Assembly (NCBI RefSeq): GCF_964355755.1
Contig: NC_092673.1
Location: 18,721,648-18,785,647, forward strand
Length of the DNA stretch: 64,000 nt
Direction: 5' to 3'
Origin: Antedon mediterranea
Lineage: Eukaryota; Animalia; Echinodermata
The first letter of the stretch is position 1. The number at the start of each line of letters is the position of its first letter. Positions 51,301 through 62,157 of the stretch are shown piece by piece. The notes beneath the pieces are model-generated. The model searched no databases, had not been told where the DNA came from, and was given only the letters and a program-made list of their open reading frames with translations. The translations under genes and the position numbers were made by a program.

Positions 51301-54300
51301 AAAAAAAATCTTATCCTCTTCACAGATGAGCAAGTTGATACAGCGACTACTACACAAGCCAGTGAACAAGGTATGATCCATTGATGATACAGTCAAGTGT
51401 ATAAAGACTAATTTTAATCTACATTTTGTTGAACCAAAATTGAACCGTTCACACCTGTTAAAAAACCAAGCATTATCTATATATTAAAGCATTATTATTG
51501 TTATTAAACTATCTGTTTTTTTTTAACTCTTTCACTGCGTATACAGTACTCGGTATTACCGGGTATGAGAAAAATTATTATTTATTTGTATTTGCCTATA
51601 ATATATAACACCCTCTATTGTTTTTTGATAAACTTGAAGATATTTGCAATTCATTAAAACTAATTTTTTAGCACAACATGCGCCCTCTATAGTTGTTAAT
51701 ATTATCTTGAAATATCACATATTATTATTATTATAAACTTGTAATTAAAATTATTTTGACCTTGGAAAGTTATATGATTAGCTATAATGGCACAAAAATA
51801 TCATCCACTTACCAATTTTACCCACCCCATAGGGCAATATCATGTTCATTCTGCAAAAAGAATTCTGAATTAGTCGTTAGTGTTTCTGTAACAGCGATTT
51901 TTTAGAAAAATTTCATTTTTCTATGATTTTGACCAAAAATGTTATGCCAAATTTTTTGTAAAACGATGAAAATAACTAGATTTGAACTTGTCACTTTGAC
52001 GAGTTCGGGTTATCCGCTCAAACGTAACATGTACCACATACATTATATGAACGCCGACAATTATTATGCCATCCTATGACATGAATGAAATATGTTTGGC
52101 AAGAAAGAAAGGTCATTGCGTATCATTTTTAATATTAATTGGAAATATATGTTTCCATTTATAGCCCTAAATTCGCTGGGTTGCATATAATATTCAATGG
52201 ATTGAGTCACACTAATCGACCAAGCGCCATATTGGTTGTGTACATGTGAAACTGGTATACTGTAGGTCTAATATAGATGTTTGTTACGTCCTTTATTTTG
52301 GTGAAATAAGACCAACAAGGGAAAATAAGTGAGAAGGATCAGGGATGGCCTACTAAAATTGCTCTTTGTCCGGATACGGAATTTCAGCTTCTTTGATGTA
52401 AAAACGATAAACTAAACAGCATTGATGCACGTAGATTTAAAATTTAAAAAGAAAAGATTAGAATGTTAGGTACGGTCATTTTATATTGACTATTAATGGC
52501 AAATATAATATTTTCAGCGTTAATAATGATTACTTTTCATATACCTAAGCACCACCTCGGTTAGGGTTAGATTTGTTGTTATTTCTCATTCAGACAGAGA
52601 ACACATTATTCTGTTCATCATGGCCTGAAGCATGATGATCTTAATTGATTATACTGTATATTGATGGTCCATGGTATATCTGATCCACTGAATCCAATTG
52701 AATAAATAGAGGCCCTATATGGTTATTGGCTCAACACTACAGATAAGTTTAGCTTCTAATAAAATAAGTTTTGTCCAAATTTTAAATTGATGTGCTTAGT
52801 AATCGTATTTTAAATAATGTTTTAAGATTATGAATTGTGATTTTGACATGTAAGTTAAATTTTATTATCATTATTTTTTTTTGTCGCGTTAAACTAATAA
52901 TGGGTTGTTCAGGAAGTTACTTTTATAATTTACCTCCGCCAAGGAGGTATATGTAATCGGTAGCGTGTGTTTGTTTTTTTGTTAGCAGGATTACTCAAAA
53001 AGTAATTACAAAATCTTTACCAAAATCGATATACAGATAGATATGTGGTCAAGGACCATTCCATTAAATGTTGGGACCATTTGTGACCATGGTCCCAATT
53101 CTGGACCACTTTTTAGTATACTTTTTTAGACCTGTTAGTGTTAAAGATAGGACAGAATTTTTCAAAAGCCGGCGACCAGTCTTAAAGTAACAAGTAAACT
53201 GAAATTGCATTTTCTCAAGAACTACTTGTCCAAAAAACTTTATTTTTGTATAAAAGGCAAGAGTTATATTTTGTGATTTGTAATTTTAAAACATAATTTG
53301 ATTTAATGTGCACGTTTTTTGTTGCGAGTAGTTTAAAAAACCTATTTCTTTTCAAATTCACTCGTTTGATTTTCGCGTTGCTGTTCTATTGTTAGTCAAC
53401 TGAAGCTATTGTTAATTGAAAGGCTTGTTACATAACCATTACACCAAACTTGCATACACATGCTTGTAGTGCAATTAGCCTAAATCACAAACAGCATTAA
53501 GACACACACAAATATATAAATATTATTTTTTTTGCTGGAGAAATCTTATGTATGAGAATTTTACAGTAGGCGGAGGTATGCACTCTCGGAGTGGCTTTCT
53601 AGTTTTCATTGTATTAAACATTTATATTGATATGTTCTGTGTTTAAAACACTATTGTTTGTTAGGCAGGATAGTCAGATGCTCACATCACTATGACACTT
53701 GTGAATAGATAGCTAGCTTGTCTTGACAAGTTAGTGAAACAGTGTGCCGTGGTGATGTGAGATTCCGTTTTTGGTCTTTTTTCTGTTGTCTTGGTCAATT
53801 TATTCGGTTTTCTTAGGCTATTTCGTGGTTTATTTTACATCAACATTTTTATTTTCAGACTTGTGCTAAACAGCGCATAGAGACTATTTGTATTTTGCGC
53901 TATATAAATTTAAAACCATTAAAAGTAAATAATTGTTCAAAAACATTTGTCATTTTTAATTGTAATGTATTTCTATATTATTACAATATGCATGTAATTG
54001 GAATTAGCCATTGGTTCATTATACAAGAGAGACATAAATTCAATGGACCAAATAAAAAGGTTCAGACTACTGTAGACTGGAAATAGAATGTTGGTGATCA
54101 TTAATTATCCCAAATTACTCCACTAATAATACTTTAGCTAATGCAAATGATTATCAACAGCCATCTCGTCATTTATCGTTTACAGATTCCTTATTGTGCT
54201 CCATACGTGCTCAAACGGTTTATGATGAGGAAAACATCAATTATTTCCGAATTTGTTGTTTGCTTTTTGAGGAAGGTACAAAGGCAATGAGATGGTTTTT

Positions 54301-57300
54301 CCTCACCCATGCATCTGATGGTGGCCTACAACCGGAACAAGTACATGAATTTTTAAAGAAAAAAAAACCTGAACTGAAAAAGCTAAACAAAACACAAAAG
54401 AATTTGTTATTCCCATCAGAAGGAAAAGCTGATATAGAGGATTTTGATATGACTTTATTAAACATTTTGATATGTAATCTTTGCGTATGTAATGATGATG
54501 AATCAAAAACTGTTAATGACCTCAGAATCTTCAGAAATGATCAGGCCCACAAGAAAGACTATCGCATTTATAGTCAGCATGATTTTGACCGTGAATGGAG
54601 TCGTTTATCAGGTATCCTGGACAAATTTGGAGTCAAGCAAAATGTAATTGATAGGTATGCTATTGCTACCGATAGTGACATACTGCAGTTTCTGGAAGAT
54701 CGAAAAGATCTTAAAGAGCTGAAAGAAAGTTTTAAAGACATGGAAAAGAAACTGGACCAGCACTGTGAAAGTACTTCATTTGATTTGAAAGAACTACTAC
54801 AGAAACAAGAAGAAACAAGCCAGAAACTAACTGATTTAAACCTAGTGATGATGGGAAAGGAAGAAAGGAAGGAACATACACTTCCCAGTGGTTAGTATTA
54901 TTCTGTCGTAGTTGGGCGTAATATTGTGGAAATTCAATTATTTTAAATATTTATTGAATAATTATGTTTAATAATCATAATTATTTCTATTTAAATCATG
55001 GATTTACAGTGTGTAAATTTAAGGCATTTTATGAACAAATTAGTTGATCCGCAGTTTTATAAGTACAAATCTAAAAGGTATGGAGGGCTCATTTGAGAAA
55101 ACAAATTTGAAAATCCGTCAACATGGTCCTTGCGGCTTTAAAATTACCACCTGAACCGTACCCTTCCAATCCTCCCCCTCTTTAATTGTGTCAATTAAAA
55201 TGTTTCTGGTCCTGGTGCTTTCCTTCGTTTCATGTTTTTGACTGCATGCTGCACCTCCCAATATGTGATGTATGCAGTTTCTTCTGAGTCTATGGATAAT
55301 TGAAGGTCTACTGACGGCTGCTTTGATAGAGTTCTTCATAAAATTCTTCAATCCTCCTCAAAATTATATCTTGATCTGTGATTTCTGTCTATTTTTTTTT
55401 TATCAAGTAATGATGTTATTTTCTGCTTTCCACTTGCAAGTTTCTGCTTTGTTTTCTTTAAACTTCTATTGTTTGTTATTGTTTTTTTAATTTTAAGAGT
55501 GTTGTATTTTCTTATGTCTTGTCGGAGTTTCTTTCGTATTGTCTTGCATGTTTCTGTATATTCAACATTTTGGAATCCAATTCCATCTCTCTTCATATTC
55601 CTCCTTTTCTCCATTAGCCACCTGGTGCTATCTGAGAGTTTGGACTCTTGCATTTTCTTTTCTTTCCCTGCTGTTTTTGTAAAGCTCTCATGTACTATGT
55701 CGATGATTTTGTCATTGCATTCGTCAAGGTCGGAGACATCTTCTACTTCCAGTCTTTGAAAGTGGTTTTGTAGTTAGTTGAAATTCATGCTTTCTGGCTT
55801 CCAAATTGATCATTCCGGGCTTTCTGTATTTTGCTATTTTCATTCTTTCTAGTCTTGTATCTACCTTCACTTTGCACCTAAGCATACGGTGGTCACTGCC
55901 AGTGTTTAATTTGTTGAATATGGTAACATCTTGAATTATCTTTGGCTTATTAGTCAAGATAAGGTCAATTTCATTTTTGGTGTTACCGTCTGGGCTTCTC
56001 CAAGTCCATCTTCTGGATATTTTCTTCTTGAAGAAGGTGTTCATAATTTTTAGTTTGTTTCTGGAAGCCAAATCGATAAGCATTTCTCCTCTGTCATTTC
56101 TGTGACCTGATCCAAAGTTTCCAATCACCTCTTCCTCCCCATCTTGCTTGATTCCTACTTTAGCATTGAAATCCCCTATTACTGGGTTAAAGACAAGATT
56201 ATTCCCTATTACTAGGTTAAAGACATGATACAGACAAGCATATAAATACTAATTTACATTTTGTTGAACCAAAATTGAACCGTTCACCCCTGTTAAAGAA
56301 CCAAGCATTATTATTGTTATTAAACTATCTGTTTTTTTTTAACTCTTTCACTGCGTATACAGTACTCGGTATTACCGGGTATGAGAAAAATTATTATTTA
56401 TTTGTATTTGCCTATAATATATAGCACCCTCTATAAACTTGAAGATATTTGCAATTCATTAAAACTAATTTTTTAGCACAACATGCGCTCTCTATTTCAT
56501 TTTTCTACGATTTTGACCAAAAATGTTATGCCTAATTTTTTATAAAACGATAAAAATAATTCTAATTTGTTTGATATTTTTATTCGTTACACATATCTTC
56601 ATCAATATCCAGTGGGAAAACCATATTCTATAAAAATTATAGAAAAAATAGTTTTTATCATGAATTGATAAAAAAACAGGAAATCCAAAATATATGTAAT
56701 GATGTCATTAACATGCAAATTAGCTTCTTTTTTTTTTACTTCCAACCATAGACCAACCTTTTAAAATAATTACAAAATTATGTCATTTAGTATTTTTTTG
56801 CAAATTTCTTAAAACAATTTCAATGAAATAAATGTTTGTGTATTTTAAAGGACAGGTACGGGCACAACATTTCTATTGATCATACATTCCAATAATCATC
56901 TATCTATAGTTTCCCCTATGTTTCATAATTTTTGGATTTTATTTGTGTTACACGAGCTTGTTGAAAATAAGCACTTTCTTATCAGTGGGGGGGGGGATAG
57001 TTCAAATTACACAGTAAAATCTGTATTCTTTTGTACACAAATTGTGTAAATAGAGAGGCATTTTAAAAAGCTATGAAAACTAAACGGTGTGGTAAAAAAT
57101 GTTATCAGATGACTAAATATAGGTAATATAACTTGAATTTTAGATTTCTGGTATTTTTATTCAACTTCAGATTTTTGTTTTCATGCTATAGCAAAAATTA
57201 TCCACCGTATATCCACCATCTTTTTTCACCTTCTAGGGAGTCACCAGACATGTTATTGCATTAGGTTAAACTACTGAAAAAAAATTCTTCCTGGTTTTTA

Positions 57301-60300
57301 TGGCAGAATATTGCCAAATTTTGTATTTGACCATATAAAGGAAAATTCATGTTTTTTCGTCTTGATTCTTGTTACAAATATTTGATTTATGTACAATTAA
57401 CCATCTGCCACAATTTAAATTCCCATCTTATTAAAATAATACTAATGACAATGGCAGTAAAATAAGAAATAATATTGATTATACATACTTGGATAAAATC
57501 ATGCATAATTGTATTATTTCACAAGATTCCAAAAAAAACTACTTTTTCACAGATGTGCAAGATGGTTCAGTGACCTCTGCATTACCACAGTCTGACATCC
57601 AAGGCAGTCAACAAGGTAGGATCCACTGGTTAATTCCAGAGGTTAATCATCTAAGTGGTTACATTTTAAAATAAAACTTAATAGACATATTATAATAATA
57701 ACTGTAGCACATTTTGAGTTATTCAAACTGTATACATTTTAGCTGAAAATGTATAGTTATGTTACTCTCTGCCACCATGTAACGGTGTCGTGTCGAGGGC
57801 CAAGACAATAACGATGGCACAAAATTATTCAATGTACAAAATACACTATTTATTCAATCAAAAGTAAGATATATATAAAACAATGTGACAATGTAGTGAT
57901 TCTGACTGATGTTATAGTCTCAAGAATCAATACCCAAACTAACTAACTTAACTACAAAACATATATTTATATTAAGGGGACAAAAGTATGACTAATTAAA
58001 TGGTACCACATCCTGATTGACTTTCCTTGGAATACCCTCCTCAGGAATGTAGTGTTCCAAGTTAAGTAGGCATCGGGGAGAGTAAGGGGTGAATAGCCTG
58101 TGTGACTAATAGGGTTTGGTCCCACCATGTTACAATGTATAACTCATAAAAAATCAACAGCTTTGTCATTTAAATGTGTAATGTATAAATAACTGTCTTT
58201 TCTGTATTTTTTTTAAACAGAATTAGTAACAAAACAATTAGATTCAGATTCACCAGCTACTGTTAATGAGGAATTTCAAACCCAAAAAAAGAAATTGATG
58301 ATTGAGGAACAGGAAAGAAAACTTGAAGCAGAGAGTGGTGAGTTAAGGATCATAAATGAATTTACTTTTTATTTTATTTCATCACCACACAAGTCAAGTC
58401 AGTTACAAAGTTGAACAATAGAAAATGATGAATAGACATTTATTTAAACATATAAAACTCATTCAAAATATCCTATGTCTTAAGCTGGCCTTTAATATAC
58501 TGTACTGTTCATACACATTATAGTTGTCGTTATAACAGAAGTGACGAAGGAATATCCATCAGATTCACCAGGTACTGTTAATGAGGAATCTCATACACAA
58601 TTGGAACAGGAAATTAAACCTAAACCAGAAACTGGTGAGTTAAGTCTCATAGAATAATTTGTATATTATTATATGGTTAATTTGGCCAGTTGTTGTTGCA
58701 CGCCCTTGTACACTCACTCCCGTATTCTTAAAGCAAACTTTGGTCGTAGTTCGAAGTTCGACTTGAAAAATTCCTAGTTCGAGCTATTACTTCAAATTCA
58801 ATTCATAAAAGAAGTAGTCAAAGTTTCGGTATTTCGGTAGAATCTTTGAATCGTTTCTAACGACCTGGATCATGGAGAATATTGTTAATGATATCGATAA
58901 TAAACAGTACGGAAGTCGCAAGAACTCGTCTACCACGCATTACCTTGTTGACCTTATTAACACTATCTTATCTGACATTGATTCAGGTGGAAAGTTTGTG
59001 AATCTATGTGCCATAGATTTCACCAAGGCTTTTGATCGTGTGGATCACACGATTCTGATTAGTAAATTAATAAATATTGGGGTTCGTCCGTCTATAATTC
59101 CAGTTATTAGTAGCTTCTTAACCAATCGAAATATTAACACCAAAATTTGTCAATGTGTTTCGTCCACCGTAGGCATCACGTGTGGTGTCCCCCAAGGGAC
59201 TAAGTTGGGTCCCATCCTTTATTTAGTGCTTGTCAATGATGTCGCCCAAGATACTCCTAAGAGGTGGAAATATGTGGTTGACTTAACCATCGGGGAAGTT
59301 GTTAATTATAGATGGGGAAATGATCAAAAAATGCAAACTATCCTTAACAATGTTGACACTTGGTGTTCTAGCAACAGCATGCTCCCCCACAACCTAGTAA
59401 ATGTCATATTATGAGAGTGTCCTTTTTGCAGGGCCACACACCGCAACCAATTTTTACACTTAATGACCATGTCATCGAAGTGGTTGAGTTTTTAAAATTA
59501 CTAAGGGTTGTAATACAATGTGATCTTAAATGGGACATTCAAGTTAATGAATGTGTTTCTAAAGCATCTAAACAACTTTTTACCCTTTCCATTCTTAGGA
59601 AAGCTTTGGCCCCAGCTAACGACCTGTTAACTGTTTTTACTACGTACATACGTCCAGTTTTGGAATATGCGTGTTCCTTGTGGCATAGCTCATTAACCAA
59701 TATCCAATGTACTAGAATTGAAAGGGTACAAAAGAGAGCTCTAAGATGTATTTACGGTGCTAATTACATCAGTTATGAAAATGCTTTATCCATGTCTGGA
59801 TTATGTTCCCTTGGAGCCAGAAGAGATAACTTGATGATGAAATTTGGGAAGGGGATACTACTCTCTAAAGTCTATCGTGATATGCTTCCCCTTATCATAA
59901 CCGCAGTCGCAATTTGAGAAATTTTAATTTGTTGTGTCCAACGCTCTACCATCCCTAACATTATTGATAGAATGAATGAAGCTTCTAAAACTAAAACTTT
60001 GTAGGTTTATAACATTAATAATAATTACCGCATGTTTTGGTTTTTCTGGGTCTTTTGGCATTTTAAATTTTAAATATTTTTAACGGCTTTTTAATGATCT
60101 TATTTTCTGTGTACTTGTATATATTATATTGTTGTTAGAGTCTTTTAAATTTTTTACTTTGTACGTTGTTTGCAGAATTTTTCAGCCGTTGACTGCCTTC
60201 TGTTTGTACTATTTATGTGTTTTTTATGAATAAATACCTATATATATCTTATGTCTTAAGCTGGCCTTTAATATACTGTTCAACATATACTAACAATAAC

Positions 60301-61475
60301 TGTCTTTTCTGGATGTTTTTATTGACCAGAAGTGACATCGGATTCATCAGATACTCTTAGTGATGAATTTCAAACACAAGTAGTGGAACAGGAAACTAAA
60401 CCTGAACCAGAGAGTGGTGAGTGTCATAAAATATTAGTTGTGTTATTATATGGTTAAACTAACTTTAAATGTGATGTTATAGAATGGATTTTAGCTACAT
60501 TTTTTTTTTATTTCAACATTTATAAAAAAAAGAATGTCTTTAAACAGAATTAGAAAAAAATACTAAATTCATACATTTAAACGATTGATAAGGTAAATGA
60601 CTTATTTAACTAATCTTTAAAACAACATGTCTTTTATTATTAGTCAAGAATAAAAGCTGATACACTGAACAATATCTGCATAAATACTGTCATATTTATA
60701 CATAAGTTGCTGTGACACTTACAGGTCACCGTACTTTGATCACACCAACAAAACATCCCATTATGGTCGGCAATGTATTATCAACAAACTTAAAAATAAG
60801 AGATAGTTCTCTATCCAGTGTAAATAGAACAGTTTATATTTCATCAAAGAACATATTGTTATTGTTAATCTTATTTTGATATGCTTGCTCTATAAATTCA
60901 ACAACAGATTAATTATGATTGGTCAAAGCTCTCTGTGAAGCTGTCAACATCTTTGAAAATAGGCTTCTGGGCTCAACTTACTAAGTATTTGCTGCCCCAT
61001 ATATCTGGGAAAATTGGCCGTTGGTAGAGACAAAATTTTAAATTTACTTTGTTATTTATAAAGTCGCAAATTAGCATGCAACATACAAATACATTGCAAA
61101 ATAATAACAAATTGATATTAATTAATAATCAAATTAGGGTGTGTTACATTGTATAGGTCTATGGTACAGGGCTCAGGTGGCAGGCCTTTACTTTACTTGC
61201 CAACTAATGTTTATTTTTTTCTTATATAAATTTTCTGGTTTTTTATTGTAATAATCTAATGCTATTTTTTGTAATATATTAATAAACCATAAATCAATTA
61301 AAAAAAATGAGGTTCTGCACAGTAAATGAAGATGATAATGGATGAAAATGTATTAGAAATTTATGTTATTGTGGTTGATTGTGTTGAGTAATGAATAATC
61401 AAATGCTGTTGCTTGTGATATTTAATTCTTAATACTAATACTCATTTCAGATCTGCAGTCGCCAGAAAATGACAG
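27393..61475 (+). CDS. Gene 2 (3'-truncated by window): ANK-ZU5-UPA-DED-DED-HEPN-coiled-coil protein. Exons 27393-27400, 27702-27795, ten 108-bp ANK exons 27974-30852, 34649-34733, 39092-39160, 40533-41056, 41529-41663, 42227-42368, 42813-42842, 43805-44320, 45330-45374, 46206-46230, 47405-47436, 51326-51370, 54186-54890, 57553-57615, 58221-58337, 58539-58634, 60330-60416, 61451-61475
   Basis: All exons have canonical AG/GT ends with compatible phases; 3923 coding nt with no stop; ATG in aaaATGg context. Joining them into one transcript is inferred, not observed. Confidence 0.7.
27974..30852 (+). CDS. Array of ten 108-bp phase-0 exons, each one 36-aa ankyrin repeat (starts 27974, 28281, 28588, 28899, 29206, 29513, 29824, 30131, 30438, 30745)
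   Basis: ttccag/GATGGG...AATAAG/gtaatc; DGNTPLHVYLSKVNPTLDILTCLLNHNASAATLQNK contains the ankyrin GxTPLH motif; period 307 or 311 bp. Confidence 0.93.
31164..31432. repeat. 82-bp tandem repeat, about 3.3 copies
   Basis: ctggttcc recurs at 31171, 31253, 31335 and 31417. Confidence 0.9.
31430..34170. repeat. Diverged intronic tandem duplication of about 1.3 kb, each copy followed by a decayed ankyrin-exon remnant
   Basis: 31430-32680 aligns with 32890-34000; remnants ...gcattgcaaaataag/gtaaat at 32680-32736 and ...aacattgaaaagaag/gtaatg at about 34131-34152. Confidence 0.8.
34649..34733 (+). CDS. Ankyrin C-terminal capping exon
   Basis: DGNTPVSLLESNRLISDQRKTEILNFLE, phase 0 to 1, strong gtaagt donor. 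Confidence 0.8.
36357..37930 (+). mobile_element. 5'-truncated RTE-clade LINE, frameshifted RT
   Basis: GKAPGPD, NYRPISLLS, FIDYEKAFD, GVRQGD, LRFADD, RWQDEI; (TGA)n tail; 9-bp TSD aatagtaat. Confidence 0.92.
40533..41056 (+). CDS. ZU5 domain exon ending in HFS, plus start of UPA
   Basis: VGSAGDVLHL...IKLEIH, ISPIVKCGPEGTSFNKPISLSFPH, ITLNHFSFYAL match the ZU5 pattern of UNC5/ankyrin/PIDD1. Confidence 0.88.
41529..42368 (+). CDS. UPA-like domain exons (41529-41663, 42227-42368)
   Basis: In frame after ZU5; beta-rich with W..V and EYLW motifs, as in UNC5-type UPA domains. Confidence 0.65.
41840..41982. mobile_element. Short MITE (Harbinger/Tourist-like)
   Basis: TIR ctctgtctacact / agtgtagacagag, followed by TTA. 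Confidence 0.6.
42870..43082 (-). mobile_element. 5S rRNA-derived element (SINE3-like or 5S pseudogene)
   Basis: Minus strand tacggccttatcatgttgaaacactgg...gatcaccaaagttgagcaacgttggacccggttggagcttggatgggagaccgtctggga matches about 100 nt of 5S rRNA, then unrelated sequence; 3' boundary approximate. Confidence 0.75.
43354..43489 (+). pseudogene. Probable dead exon built from 18-bp repeats (S/P-S-G/S-T-G-V)
   Basis: Good acceptor, about 6 copies of tctggtacaggtgtgtct, but 1 nt out of phase and ends ACAG/ataaac rather than GT. Confidence 0.45.
43805..44320 (+). CDS. Tandem DED-like exon of gene 2 (phase 1-1)
   Basis: NDYFNELSEKGYIKPTDVDLLLNIAEL and LSPYRKRLCKALREF...TIWDVAFELERKNKL parallel caspase-8 DED1/DED2. 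Confidence 0.75.
44614..45236. mobile_element. Non-autonomous Kolobok-like DNA transposon
   Basis: TIR agacaccttccctaca / tgtagggaaggtgtct, TTAA TSD; empty single-TTAA site in the paralogous intron near 51230. Confidence 0.85.
46923..47368. repeat. 66-bp G-rich minisatellite, about 7 copies
   Basis: gggagtggggaggggttgctagaaccataaaaccctcctgcttacgagtctgttatccttattata. Confidence 0.95.
47449..48020. repeat. 88-bp minisatellite, about 6.5 copies (same family as 2312-2700)
   Basis: Same unit sequence and orientation as in the gene 1 intron. Confidence 0.95.
48030..50060 (+). pseudogene. Decayed CR1-group LINE endonuclease fragment, split by a Helitron
   Basis: IDPDQNFF before the Helitron; FSSIHFNARSL, SIYR.P, LGDFNID, SLIDNI after it, with stops and frameshifts. 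Confidence 0.8.
48154..49343 (+). mobile_element. Non-autonomous Helitron
   Basis: A|TC 5' end, 3' hairpin gatggtacgc-gagcgaagcga-gcgtgccatc ending CTAG|T, no TSD. Confidence 0.85.
50418..51200 (-). mobile_element. Helentron-associated (DINE-1/HINE-like) non-autonomous element
   Basis: Two (GACA/GACC)n blocks, terminal hairpin agtcgcttccacgcgact, inserted in an A run; absent from the paralogous copy near 44580. Confidence 0.75.
52930..53602 (+). mobile_element. Helentron-associated (DINE-1/HINE-like) non-autonomous element
   Basis: Subterminal IR tacctccgcc / ggcggaggta, GTTT-rich tract, 3' hairpin cactctcggagtg then ctag, T-rich flanks. Confidence 0.75.
54186..54890 (+). CDS. DZIP3/hRUL138-like HEPN domain plus coiled coil (phase 1-1 exon)
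   Basis: EENINYFRICCLLFEEGTKAMRWFF, Q..LLFP, DFDMTLLNILICNLC, LRIFRNDQAH (RxxxxH), FDREWSRLSGIL match the HEPN_DZIP3 family pattern. Confidence 0.85.
55150..56180 (-). mobile_element. RTE-clade LINE fragment (endonuclease and linker), degraded
   Basis: GDFNAKVG, RNDRGEMLID, MNTFFKKK, WTWRSPDG..KNEIDLIL, SDHRMLR; overlaps the family at 36357-37930. Confidence 0.88.
57553..60416 (+). CDS. Acidic linker exons (57553-57615, 58221-58337, 58539-58634, 60330-60416), the last three paralogous
   Basis: Shared SDS..T..(E/D)E..TQ...EQE.K...E(S/T)G/gtgagt pattern; all phase 1-1. Confidence 0.7.
57778..58134 (-). mobile_element. LTR remnant with adjacent PBS
   Basis: tgtaac...gttaca termini, minus-strand AATAAA, and tggtggcagag immediately after the LTR on the minus strand (57767-57777); no TSD. 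Confidence 0.6.
58840..60240 (+). mobile_element. 5'-truncated L2/CR1-group LINE, frameshifted RT
   Basis: IDFTKAFDRVDH, GVPQGTKLGP, YVVD (degenerate YVDD), RPVLEYA, IERVQKRALR; T-rich 3' UTR with AATAAA. Confidence 0.88.
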
Positions 61476-62157
61476 GTAAGTAGTACTGTATAATGAGTGT
61501 ATCACAGTATCTATACTGTTTATTTATACTCTCCAATACCATAGAGATAGACCAACACCCTGCTAGTTAATTGTTTGCCCTGAGATGATAGTCTGGAAGG
61601 GATATTATTACTATCACTTGTGTGTCTATCAGTTCAGTTGTATACTAATAACATAACCTGTTAATACAACCATAAAGTTCAACCATAGAAATAGTGTTGA
61701 AACAATTATACACAAAATCAAGAATAACAAACATCAAAAGAACTTTTAAACCCAACAACCAAGTTATAATAATAATGAAACAATCCTGGTTTTATATAGA
61801 ATTACATTCTGCATAAGCTTAACGGAGGATGACGGACCTTTTGTCCTACCAATATTTTTAATTTCAGTAAGATATATGCCACACTTCCGTTTTGGCCGAC
61901 AGACTCCCATATTTATACTTGTCTCCTTATGCTCCTGGTTTTATATTCTCCCGTATTACAAAGATAACTGAACTTTGATGTATATGTGTTGCTTTCTGCA
62001 ATAAAATATAAAAAAAAAAGCTAAAAAAACATACAAATTTATGATATTTAAGTCATAATTTATTGATCACCTTATTGAAGGGGATTCTTTTCACATAGTC
62101 ATTATGGTAACAATTGCTCCTTGCATTTCCTGATTTTGATAATAATACTGTAAAAAA
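60774..62157 (+). repeat. Recent direct duplication of about 1.4 kb of 45529-46922, including the 25-bp exon
   Basis: Near-identical by eye, with only a few substitutions and small indels. Confidence 0.93.
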
